From Solirubrobacterales bacterium (GTDB lineage: Bacteria > Actinomycetota > Thermoleophilia > Solirubrobacterales > 70-9), in NCBI GenBank assembly GCA_047601885.1, contig JASGIK010000003.1:1326062-1390061 (forward strand): a DNA stretch of 64,000 nt, written 5' to 3'. Made by a program: the position numbers and the translations under genes. Under the pieces are notes generated by a model. That model was not told where the DNA came from. It saw nothing but the letters and a program-made list of their open reading frames with translations, and searched no databases. Positions within the stretch are counted from its first letter, which is position 1. Each line of letters starts with the position of its first letter. Shown one piece after another: positions 1 through 7,821 of this stretch.

Positions 1-1176
1 ATCGACGCCATCCGCACCGCGAGCGGACGCGGCAAGCCCGGCGGGGCGCTGTCGGGGGTGCACCCGGCGGACCTGCTGGCGACCGTGCTGAGCTCCCTGG
101 TCGAGCGTACCGGGGTCGACCCCGCCGAGATCGAGGACGTGATCACCGGCTGCGTCGGCCAGGCGGGCGACCAGGCGATGAACATCGGCCGCACCGCGGC
201 GCTCTCGGCCGGCTACCCCGAGTCGGTGCCGGCGACGACGATCGACCGCCAGTGCGGCTCCAGCCAGCAGGCCGCCCACTTCGCCGCCCAGGGCGTGATC
301 GCCGGCGCCTACGACGTCGTCGTCGCCTGCGGGGTCGAGTCGATGAGCCGGGTGCCGATCGGCGAGCCGCAGATGGGCCGCGACCCGTTCGGCGAGCGGA
401 TGCACGCGCGCTACAGCGAAGGCCTCGTCAACCAGGGCGTCTCGGCCGAGCTGATCGCCCAGCGCTGGAACCTCGGCCGCGAGCAGCTCGACGAGTACTC
501 GGCACGCTCCCACGAGCTCGCCTCCCAGGCCGCCGCCGACGGCCTCTTCGACAACGAGGTCGTGCCGGTGACGGTCACGGGCGAGGACGGCGAGGAGCAC
601 GAGCACCGCGCCGACCAGACGGTCCGCGCCGGGACCACCGCCGAAGGCCTCGCCGGCCTCCGCGCCTCCTTCGAGACCGACCGGATGAAGGCGCGCTTCC
701 CGGAGATCGAATGGAAGATCACCCCGGGCAACTCGTCGCCGCTGACCGACGCCGCCTCGGCGATGCTGATCATGAGCGGCGAGCGCGCCAAGGCGCTCGG
801 CCTGCGCCCGCGGGCCCGCTTCCACTCCTTCGCCGTCGCCGGCGACGACCCGCTGCTGATGCTGACCGGGCCGATCCCGGCAACCCGGAAGGTGCTCGAG
901 CGCAGCGGCCTGTCGCTCGACGAGATCGACGCCTACGAGGTCAACGAGGCGTTCGCGCCGGTGCCGCTCGCCTGGGCGAGCGAGTTCGACGCCGACCGCG
1001 AGAAGCTGAACCCGCGCGGCGGCGCGATCGCCCTCGGCCACGCCCTCGGCGCCTCCGGCACGCGGCTGATGACGACGATGCTGAACCACCTCGAGGCAGC
1101 CGACGGCCGCTACGGTCTGCAGACGATGTGCGAGGGAGGCGGCATGGCCAACGCGACGATCATCGAGCGCCTGTGA
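1..1176 (+). CDS. thiolase (acetyl-CoA C-acyltransferase family), 5' end cut by window edge
   Basis: Frame open from nt 1. Thiolase signatures DRQCGSSQQA (nucleophile Cys), NEAFA, GGAIALGHALGASG, CEGGGMANA. Confidence 0.9.
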   Translation: MDAIRTASGRGKPGGALSGVHPADLLATVLSSLVERTGVDPAEIEDVITGCVGQAGDQAMNIGRTAALSAGYPESVPATTIDRQCGSSQQAAHFAAQGVIAGAYDVVVACGVESMSRVPIGEPQMGRDPFGERMHARYSEGLVNQGVSAELIAQRWNLGREQLDEYSARSHELASQAAADGLFDNEVVPVTVTGEDGEEHEHRADQTVRAGTTAEGLAGLRASFETDRMKARFPEIEWKITPGNSSPLTDAASAMLIMSGERAKALGLRPRARFHSFAVAGDDPLLMLTGPIPATRKVLERSGLSLDEIDAYEVNEAFAPVPLAWASEFDADREKLNPRGGAIALGHALGASGTRLMTTMLNHLEAADGRYGLQTMCEGGGMANATIIERL

Positions 1177-2006
1177 ACGCCGACGGCCTGCAGGGCAAGG
1201 TGGCGATCATCACCGGCGCCGCGCGGGGCCAGGGCCGCGCGCACGCGGTCGCCCTCGCGCGCTCCGGGGCGAAGGTGATCGCGACCGACATCTGCGCCCA
1301 GATCGACACCGTGCCCTACCCGCTGGGCACCGAGGAGGAGCTGGCGGAGACCGGCCGCCTGGTCGAGGAGGCGGGCGGCGAGTGCCTGACCGCGGTCGCC
1401 GACGTGCGCAGTCGGGCCGAGCTCGTCGCCGCGGTCGAGGCCGGGATGTCCCGCTTCGGCCGGCTCGACATCGCGATCGCCAACGCCGGCATCGCGCAGG
1501 GCATGCGCGACCCCGAGCCGACGACGATCGACGAACAGTGGGCCGACTACATCGACGTCAACCTGACCGGCGCCTGGAACCTGGTCAAGGCCGTCCAGGA
1601 GCCGCTGGTCGAGGGCGGCCGCGGCGGCTCGATCATCATCGTCAGCTCGACCTCGGGACTGAAAGGGATGTCGCGCGGCGACGCGCGGGCGGACGCCTAC
1701 ACGGCGGCCAAACACGGCCTGGTCGGCGTGATGCGTGGCTACGCGATCGAGCTCGGCCCGGCCGGGATCCGCGTCAACACGGTCCACCCCACGGCGATCG
1801 ACACGGTGATGTCGACCAACCCGTCGATGGGCCGCTGGGTCGAGGCCAACCTCGACCGCGTCGCGGGCGGCTTCGGCGACGCGATGCACAAGGGCCGCAT
1901 CCCGATCGAGGACATCGTCAACGCGGTGTTGTTCCTCGCCTCGGACCTCTCGGCCTCGGTGACCGGCGTGGCGCTGCCGGTCGACGCCGGCTTCACGATC
2001 GTCTAG
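1173..2006 (+). CDS. short-chain dehydrogenase/reductase (carveol-dehydrogenase-like SDR subgroup)
   Basis: GTG at 1173 overlaps the thiolase stop (GTGA). Rossmann motif ITGAARGQG, catalytic YTAAKHG, and the insertion ATDICAQIDTVPYPLGT typical of this subgroup. Confidence 0.85.
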   Translation: MNADGLQGKVAIITGAARGQGRAHAVALARSGAKVIATDICAQIDTVPYPLGTEEELAETGRLVEEAGGECLTAVADVRSRAELVAAVEAGMSRFGRLDIAIANAGIAQGMRDPEPTTIDEQWADYIDVNLTGAWNLVKAVQEPLVEGGRGGSIIIVSSTSGLKGMSRGDARADAYTAAKHGLVGVMRGYAIELGPAGIRVNTVHPTAIDTVMSTNPSMGRWVEANLDRVAGGFGDAMHKGRIPIEDIVNAVLFLASDLSASVTGVALPVDAGFTIV

Positions 2007-2016
2007 GAGGCCCGCC

Positions 2017-3498
2017 GTGAACATCTCGATGCTGCTCGACATGGCCGCCGCCGGATTCGGCGACCGGCTCGCCGTCGGCCCCCGGGCCGAGGCGCGCACC
2101 TACGCGGAGCTGCGGGAGGAGGCGCAGCGCGTCGCCGCCCGGCTCCGGGCCGACGCCGGCGTGCGCCTCGTCCTCGCCGGCGTCAACAGCGCCGACCTGC
2201 CGGTGCTGCTCTTCGGCAGCGCCTACGCCGGGCGCCGCTTCAGCTCGGTCAACTACCGGCTGCCCGACGATCGCCTGCGCGCCGCGCTCGAGACCTGCGC
2301 GCCCGCGATCGTCGTCGCCGACGAGTCGACCGCGCCGCGGGTCGAGGGCGTGCCGGGGACCGAGCTGACCGACGCCGCGGCGATCGCGGCGCCGCTCGCC
2401 GCCGCCGCCGCCGCGGACGCCGGGGATGAGGACGAGGTCGCGATCACGCTGCTCACCAGCGGCACCAGCGGCGTGCCGAAGACGGTGCTGCTGCGCCACC
2501 ACAACCTCGTCTCCTACGTCATCGGGACGACCGAGCTGGGCGCCGCCGGCGCCGACGAGGCCGCCCTGGTGAGCGTGCCGCCGTACCACATCGCCGGCCT
2601 CGCCTCGGTGCTCTCCAACGTCTACATCGGCCGACGGATCGTCTACCTGGCCCAGTTCGACGCCGCCCGCTGGGTCGAGACCGCGGCCGCCGAGGGGATC
2701 ACCCACGCGATGGTCGTGCCGACGATGCTGGCGCGGATCCTCAACGCGATGGAGGCGACCGGGACCGACCTGCCCGACCTGCGGCTGCTCTCCTACGGCG
2801 GCGGCCGGATGCCGCTGCCGGTCGTGCGGCGGGCGCTCGCCCAGCTCCCCCACGTCGACTTCGTCAACGCCTACGGGTTGACCGAGACCAGCTCGACGAT
2901 CGCCCTGCTCGACCCCGCCGACCACCGCGCGGCGATCGCGAGCGACGACGAGGCGGTCGCCGCCCGCCTCGGCTCGGTCGGCCGCCCGCTGCCCGGGGTC
3001 GAGGTCGAGATCCGCGGCGCCGACGATGCCGTGCTGCCGGCCGGCAAGACGGGTGAGATCGTCGTCCGCGGCGAGCAGGTCTCGGGCGAATACGAGGGCC
3101 GCGACGTCAAGGACGCCGCCGGCTGGTTCCGCACCAACGACAACGGCCGGGTCGACGCCGAGGGCTACATATTCATCGAGGGCCGCGCCGACGACGTGAT
3201 CGTCCGCGGCGGCGAGAACCTCTCGCCGGGAGAGATCGAGGACACCCTGCTCCAGCACGAGGAGGTGCTCGAGGCGGCCGTCGTCGCGGTCGCCGACGAG
3301 GAGTGGGGCGAGAGCCCGGCGGCGGTCGTCGTCGTCCGCCCTGGCGCCGCCGTCGAGGCCGCCGACCTCCAGGCCTGGGTCCGCGAGCGCCTGCGCTCCT
3401 CCCGCACCCCGACCGTGGTCGAGTTCCGCGCCTCCCTCCCCTACAGCGACACCGGCAAGCTGCTGCGCCGCGAGCTGCGGGCCGAGCTGAACGCCTAG
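2017..3498 (+). CDS. AMP-dependent acyl-CoA synthetase/ligase
   Basis: LLTSGTSGVPKTV (AMP-binding motif I), NAYGLTETSS, GWFRTNDNGRVDAEGYIFIEGRADD. Confidence 0.85.
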   Translation: MNISMLLDMAAAGFGDRLAVGPRAEARTYAELREEAQRVAARLRADAGVRLVLAGVNSADLPVLLFGSAYAGRRFSSVNYRLPDDRLRAALETCAPAIVVADESTAPRVEGVPGTELTDAAAIAAPLAAAAAADAGDEDEVAITLLTSGTSGVPKTVLLRHHNLVSYVIGTTELGAAGADEAALVSVPPYHIAGLASVLSNVYIGRRIVYLAQFDAARWVETAAAEGITHAMVVPTMLARILNAMEATGTDLPDLRLLSYGGGRMPLPVVRRALAQLPHVDFVNAYGLTETSSTIALLDPADHRAAIASDDEAVAARLGSVGRPLPGVEVEIRGADDAVLPAGKTGEIVVRGEQVSGEYEGRDVKDAAGWFRTNDNGRVDAEGYIFIEGRADDVIVRGGENLSPGEIEDTLLQHEEVLEAAVVAVADEEWGESPAAVVVVRPGAAVEAADLQAWVRERLRSSRTPTVVEFRASLPYSDTGKLLRRELRAELNA

Positions 3499-3522
3499 GC
3501 CCGCAGTCGCGGCGCGGCTACC

Positions 3523-4690
3523 TCATTCCGTCGGGAAGCGGTCGGGCAGCCCTTCGTTGTAGGGAGGGATCGCGCCCGAGATGTCGGTGGTGTCCGGGAT
3601 GTCGAAATAGGCCAGCCGGTTGCCGGTGAACTCGCCGAAGATGATCTTGCCCGGCAGGGTGTTGTTCAGATCGCACGGCGAGGAGATCGGCGTCGGCGTT
3701 TCCAGGTAGTGGTATTCGCCGGTTTCGACGTTCAGCTGGCCGATCCGGTTGCCCGCGTCGAAGGTGCCCTCCATGATGTAGAGCTTGCCGTCGGAGCCGA
3801 AGCGGAGCTGGCCCGGGGAGGGCAGCGGATCGCCGAGGCCGAAGCTGATCGGCAGCGGGAACTCTTTGATTTCGCCGCTGATCGGTTCGAGCCGGCCGAT
3901 CTTCTGGCCGAGGGTCTCGCCGAAGTACAGGTACTTACCGTCCGGTGAGACGGTCAGCCCACCCGGCAGCGAGACCGGCGTCGGGATGCTGTACTCCGAC
4001 CAGGTGTGGGTGTCGGTGTGGAAGAGGGCGATCTTCGAGGTGACTCCCTCGGTGATCGCCACCGTTTCGTCCGGCCCGCGCTCCATCGCGATCGGCCCGG
4101 AGAGCGGCGTCGGGATCGGGTACTGCGCCCATTCGTGCGTCGTCAGGTCGAAGCTGCCGATCGCGTTCAGCCCGATCATCGTGAAGTAGAGCTTGCCGTC
4201 GGCGCCGAAGGTGTCGTCGAACGGCACCCCGAGCCCGTTGTTCACGAGCAGCGAGCCGGTGGTCGGCAGACCGACCTCGACGTCCGCCCAAGGGAACGGG
4301 TAGGTCGTGATTTCGTGCGTTTCGGGGTCGAGATCGCCGATCGCGTTCCCCCACCTCGACGAAGTAGATGTGGCCTTCGGGGCCGAGGTTCTGCCCGCCC
4401 GGTTGGGCGCCGAGCGTGGGCAGCGGCACCTCGGTGATTTTCCCGGTCGCCGGATCGACCTCGCCCATCGCATTGCCGGTGAACTGGTCGGTCCAGAGGT
4501 TGCCCTGGTGGTCGACGATCACCTCGCAGGGAAAGCTCGCCGGGATCGGGAACTTGCCGAACTCCTTGACCGGGCCGACGCCGGGGGCGCCGGAGGCTGC
4601 CGCGGCCGTGCTCGGTAGCGCCACCGCGAGAGCGGTCAACGCGGCCAGGAGCGTGAGGCCGACGGCATCCAGAAAGCGTGGCTTGCGCAC
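3523..4690 (-). pseudogene. secreted beta-propeller repeat protein (virginiamycin-B-lyase/NHL-like repeats), reading frame broken once
   Basis: The signal-peptide N-terminus (MRKPRFLDAVGLTLLAALTALAVALP...) is in one frame and continues to GHIYFVEV. The rest (GNAIGDLDPETHEITTY...) is in another frame. The break lies in a C5 run at 4348-4352; removing one base restores a continuous repeat protein. Confidence 0.6.
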
Positions 4691-4836
4691 TTGGTCCTCT
4701 CCTTGTTGAACCCATCTGTGTGGCCGCCGTCTTCCCCGACCGCGGCCCTCCGAATGGAGTCAAGGATACCAAGAAATTAAGTGATTATAATGATTTATTA
4801 AGTGGTAGGGATACCAACAAACCGCGTCGTCCGCGC

Positions 4837-5646
4837 TCAGCGGATGACCGGCTTCGGCCGCGCGTAGGTCGCCCGGTCGACTTCGGCGGTGCCGATCGGG
4901 TTACCGATCTGGGTATAGGCGAGCCCGCGCTCGAGCGCCGCCACGCGGCCGACGTCGAGCGACTCCCAGATCGCCCGCACCGTGCCCTGGATCGCCGCCG
5001 GCGGCTTCTCCGCCATCCGCGCGGCGAACCCCCGCGCGGTCTCCCGCAGCTGCTCGCGCGGGACGACCTCGTCGACCAGTCCGATCCGCTTCGCGTGCTC
5101 GGCCCCGACCCGCTCGTCGAGCCCGACCAGAGCGATCCGCAGGACCTCGCCGAGCGGCATCCGCCGGGTCATCCCGATCGGCTCGAGCGCCGCGGTCATC
5201 CCGTAGCTGACGTGCGGGTCGAAGAACTGCGCGTCGTCGGCGGCGACGATCAGGTCGGCCTCGTTCAGCCAGTAGAAGGCACCGCCGGCGGCCATCCCGT
5301 GGACCGCGCAGACGACCGGCTTCCAGACCTTGTTCAGCTTCGGCGAGAGGTAGGCGCCGGGGTCGACCTCGAACCACGGGTTGTCGGTCTCACTCGGGAT
5401 CGCGGTGACGTCGACGCCGGTGCAGAAGGCGCGGTCCCCCTCGGCCTGGAGGACGACCGCATGGATCCGGTCGTCGAGCCGCACCGCGGCCCAGATCGCG
5501 GCGAACTCCTCCAGCATCGTGGCGTTGAAGGAGTTGAGCTTGTCCGGGCGGTCGAGGCTGATCGTGAGAACCTTGTCGTCGCCGAGCTCGACCAGCAAGG
5601 TCTCGAATGGGCGGCCCTCGATCGGCGGCAGATGGTCGTTTTTCAA
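4837..5646 (-). CDS. enoyl-CoA hydratase/isomerase (crotonase family)
   Basis: DRAFCTGVDV and CAVHGMAAGGAF oxyanion-hole motifs; typical length of about 270 aa. Confidence 0.85.
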   Translation of the reverse strand: MKNDHLPPIEGRPFETLLVELGDDKVLTISLDRPDKLNSFNATMLEEFAAIWAAVRLDDRIHAVVLQAEGDRAFCTGVDVTAIPSETDNPWFEVDPGAYLSPKLNKVWKPVVCAVHGMAAGGAFYWLNEADLIVAADDAQFFDPHVSYGMTAALEPIGMTRRMPLGEVLRIALVGLDERVGAEHAKRIGLVDEVVPREQLRETARGFAARMAEKPPAAIQGTVRAIWESLDVGRVAALERGLAYTQIGNPIGTAEVDRATYARPKPVIR

Positions 5647-5715
5647 GGCGACGGTTCCTTTCTGGGATCGCGGAGGCGTCTGCCCTCAAACAATAGACAG
5701 CTATATGATTGAGAT

Positions 5716-6540
5716 ATGAACGACCTGGGGGCGAGCACCGTGGCCGGCGCCGACGTCGGCGACTGGAGCGCCGTCGCCCCGGTCACGGACCTCTTCTCGG
5801 TGCGCGACCGGGTCGCCTTGGTGACCGGCGCGACCGCCGGGTTGGGGCGCCGGATGGCGGCCGTCCTCCACGCCGCCGGAGCCAAGGTGGTGCTCGCCGG
5901 GCGCCGCGAGGATCGCCTCGCCGAGGTCGCCGCGGCGCTGCCCGGAAGCCTCACCGTCGCCACCGACGTCGCCGTCGACGACGACCTGGCCCGGCTCGCC
6001 GGGCGCGCGGTCGAGGAGCACGGCCGCGTCGACATCCTCGTCAACAACGCCGGCACCGCCTTCGCCGGGCGCGCCCAGGAAGAGACCCCCGAGCACATCG
6101 ACGCGACCCTGCGGGTCAACCTCACCGCGGCGCTCCGCCTCGCCCAGCTCGTCTACGAGCCGATGGTCGGCGTGGGCGGCGGCTCGATCGTCAACGTCGC
6201 CTCGATCGCCGGCTCGGTCGGCATCGGCGGCCGCCTGCCACAGGCGAGCTACGCCGCCTCGAAGGCCGGGCTGATGGGACTGACCCGGGAGCTGGCCGTC
6301 CAGTGGGCGCGCGACGGCATCCGCGTCAACGCGATCGTCCCCGGCTTCTTCGCCAGCGAGATGACCGACGGGCTGCTCGGCCACGAGAAGATCTCCGACT
6401 TCATCCTGGGAAACTCACCCCTGCGGCGGACCGGGGTGCCGGGCGATTTCGACGGCGCGCTGCTGCTCCTGGCGAGCGATGCCGGCTCTTTCATGACCGG
6501 CGAGACCCTGCACGTCGACGGTGGTTGGACCGCGCGATGA
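5716..6540 (+). CDS. short-chain dehydrogenase/reductase
   Basis: VTGATAGLGR, NNAG, catalytic YAASKAG. The ATG lies 6 nt downstream of a TATGAT box. Confidence 0.85.
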   Translation: MNDLGASTVAGADVGDWSAVAPVTDLFSVRDRVALVTGATAGLGRRMAAVLHAAGAKVVLAGRREDRLAEVAAALPGSLTVATDVAVDDDLARLAGRAVEEHGRVDILVNNAGTAFAGRAQEETPEHIDATLRVNLTAALRLAQLVYEPMVGVGGGSIVNVASIAGSVGIGGRLPQASYAASKAGLMGLTRELAVQWARDGIRVNAIVPGFFASEMTDGLLGHEKISDFILGNSPLRRTGVPGDFDGALLLLASDAGSFMTGETLHVDGGWTAR

Positions 6541-6647
6541 ACGCGCCAGGTCGGCCCCGTTCCGTCTCGGTGTCCGAGCACGGGTCTTGAATAGTTGACC
6601 GATGACTTACATTTAGATGATTAACAGGCGATAGGGACGAGGCAGAC

Positions 6648-7427
6648 ATGACCCCAGAAAACGGCAGGCAGACCAGGGAATTTCGGCCCCAGCGGGTGGC
6701 CGAGCTGGTCGCCGACGAGCTGCGCAGGCAGATCATCACCGGGGAGCTTTCGCATGAGCTGCCGCGCGAGGAGATCCTGCTCGAGCGCTACCAGGTCAGC
6801 CGTCCGAGCCTGCGCGAGGCGTTCCGGATCCTCGAGACCGAGGGCCTGATCCAGGTCCGCCGCGGCCGCGTCGGCGGCGCCGAGATCCGCCTGCCCAGCG
6901 TCGACGGAGCGGCCTACCAGCTCGGCCTCGTGCTGCAGAGCAAGAACGTCCACCTCTCCGACCTCGCCCAGGCCCGCCTGGTGATCGAGCCCGCCTGCGC
7001 CGAGATGGCGGCCAACACCGAGGACCCGGTGTCGATCGCGGCGGAGCTCGACCAGCTGATCACCGAGAACGAGGCGCTGCTGGAGACGCCCTCGCGCCAG
7101 TTCACCGAGTCGGCGCAGCGTTTCCACGAGGGCATCACGCGGCTCTGCGGCAACATGACGCTGTCCTTGCTCGCCGGTGCCCTGGAGACGGTCTGGAACA
7201 TCCACGAGCAGCACTGGGCCGAAGAGGCGACGACCGAGGGCAGCTACCCCGACGCCGCCCAACGCTCCGAAGTGATCAAAGCCCACAAGGCGATCGCCCG
7301 CCGGATCGGCAAAGGCGACGGCGCCGGGGCAAGCCGCGCGATGCGCTCCCACCTCGAAGTGTCCCAACCGTTCGTCGACCTGCGGGACGTCCCCCTGCGC
7401 GTCGTCGGCACCGGCCCCCGCGGCTAG
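6648..7427 (+). CDS. GntR/FadR-family transcriptional regulator (winged helix + FCD-type C-terminal domain)
   Basis: LPREEILLERYQVSRPSLREAFRILETEGLIQVRRGRVGG matches a GntR winged helix-turn-helix; the all-helical C-terminus is typical of the FadR subfamily. Confidence 0.85.
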   Translation: MTPENGRQTREFRPQRVAELVADELRRQIITGELSHELPREEILLERYQVSRPSLREAFRILETEGLIQVRRGRVGGAEIRLPSVDGAAYQLGLVLQSKNVHLSDLAQARLVIEPACAEMAANTEDPVSIAAELDQLITENEALLETPSRQFTESAQRFHEGITRLCGNMTLSLLAGALETVWNIHEQHWAEEATTEGSYPDAAQRSEVIKAHKAIARRIGKGDGAGASRAMRSHLEVSQPFVDLRDVPLRVVGTGPRG

Positions 7428-7483
7428 GCGTCGGTTCCGCGGCGCGGGTTCGCGGGCGCGGGACGGCGTGGTCCGCGGCCGCC

Positions 7484-7717
7484 GCGCAGGGAAGTCCACA
7501 CGGACGTGGGAGAGATGCCGGGGACGTCACGAACCCGTATGTGTCTCGTGACGGGATCGGGGCCCTCCCCGGATGAGTTCGCAGAAACCCGCGCTATGCG
7601 CGGTTAAGTGCGAACTCACCAGGGGGAGGCATGAGGAAGACGGGAGGAACCGTCAACTTCCCCCGCTCCTCGTCACCGATCCCCGGAGTTCGTGACGGAT
7701 CACGCACCTCTCCCCGA
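7484..7717. repeat. 234-nt structured intergenic repeat, copy A (second copy 52431-52664)
   Basis: Collinear alignment by eye with 52431-52664: same length and mostly identical. Contains nested hairpins, including the two-tier hairpin at 7574-7616. Confidence 0.8.
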
Positions 7718-7718
7718 C

Positions 7719-7774
7719 ACCCGGCCTTCTCGGTGGCGGCCACAGCCTGCCCGGGCCGCCACCGAGAAGGCCGG
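7719..7774 (-). terminator. long GC hairpin (22-bp arms, 12-nt loop) downstream of the minus-strand ACAD fusion gene
   Basis: cccggccttctcggtggcggcc / ggccgccaccgagaaggccggg arms. Same family as 52364-52417 and 63943-63994. Sits 48 nt past the stop at 7822. Confidence 0.55.
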
Positions 7775-7821
7775 GTCCCTTTCACCTCCGGGCGCCAGCC
7801 CGGGCCGGCCGCGACCCTCGC

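Noticed and set aside
252-2006. 584-aa ORF overlapping the thiolase and SDR genes, and many similar long alternate-frame or antisense ORFs (e.g. 1993-3258, 14320-16395, 47253-49361, 49393-52455, 59270-63925).
   Set aside because: Their translations are Arg/Pro/Gly/Ala-rich low-complexity strings with no motifs. They overlap genes with strong family signatures. Stop codons are rare in all frames of very GC-rich DNA, so these are compositional artefacts.
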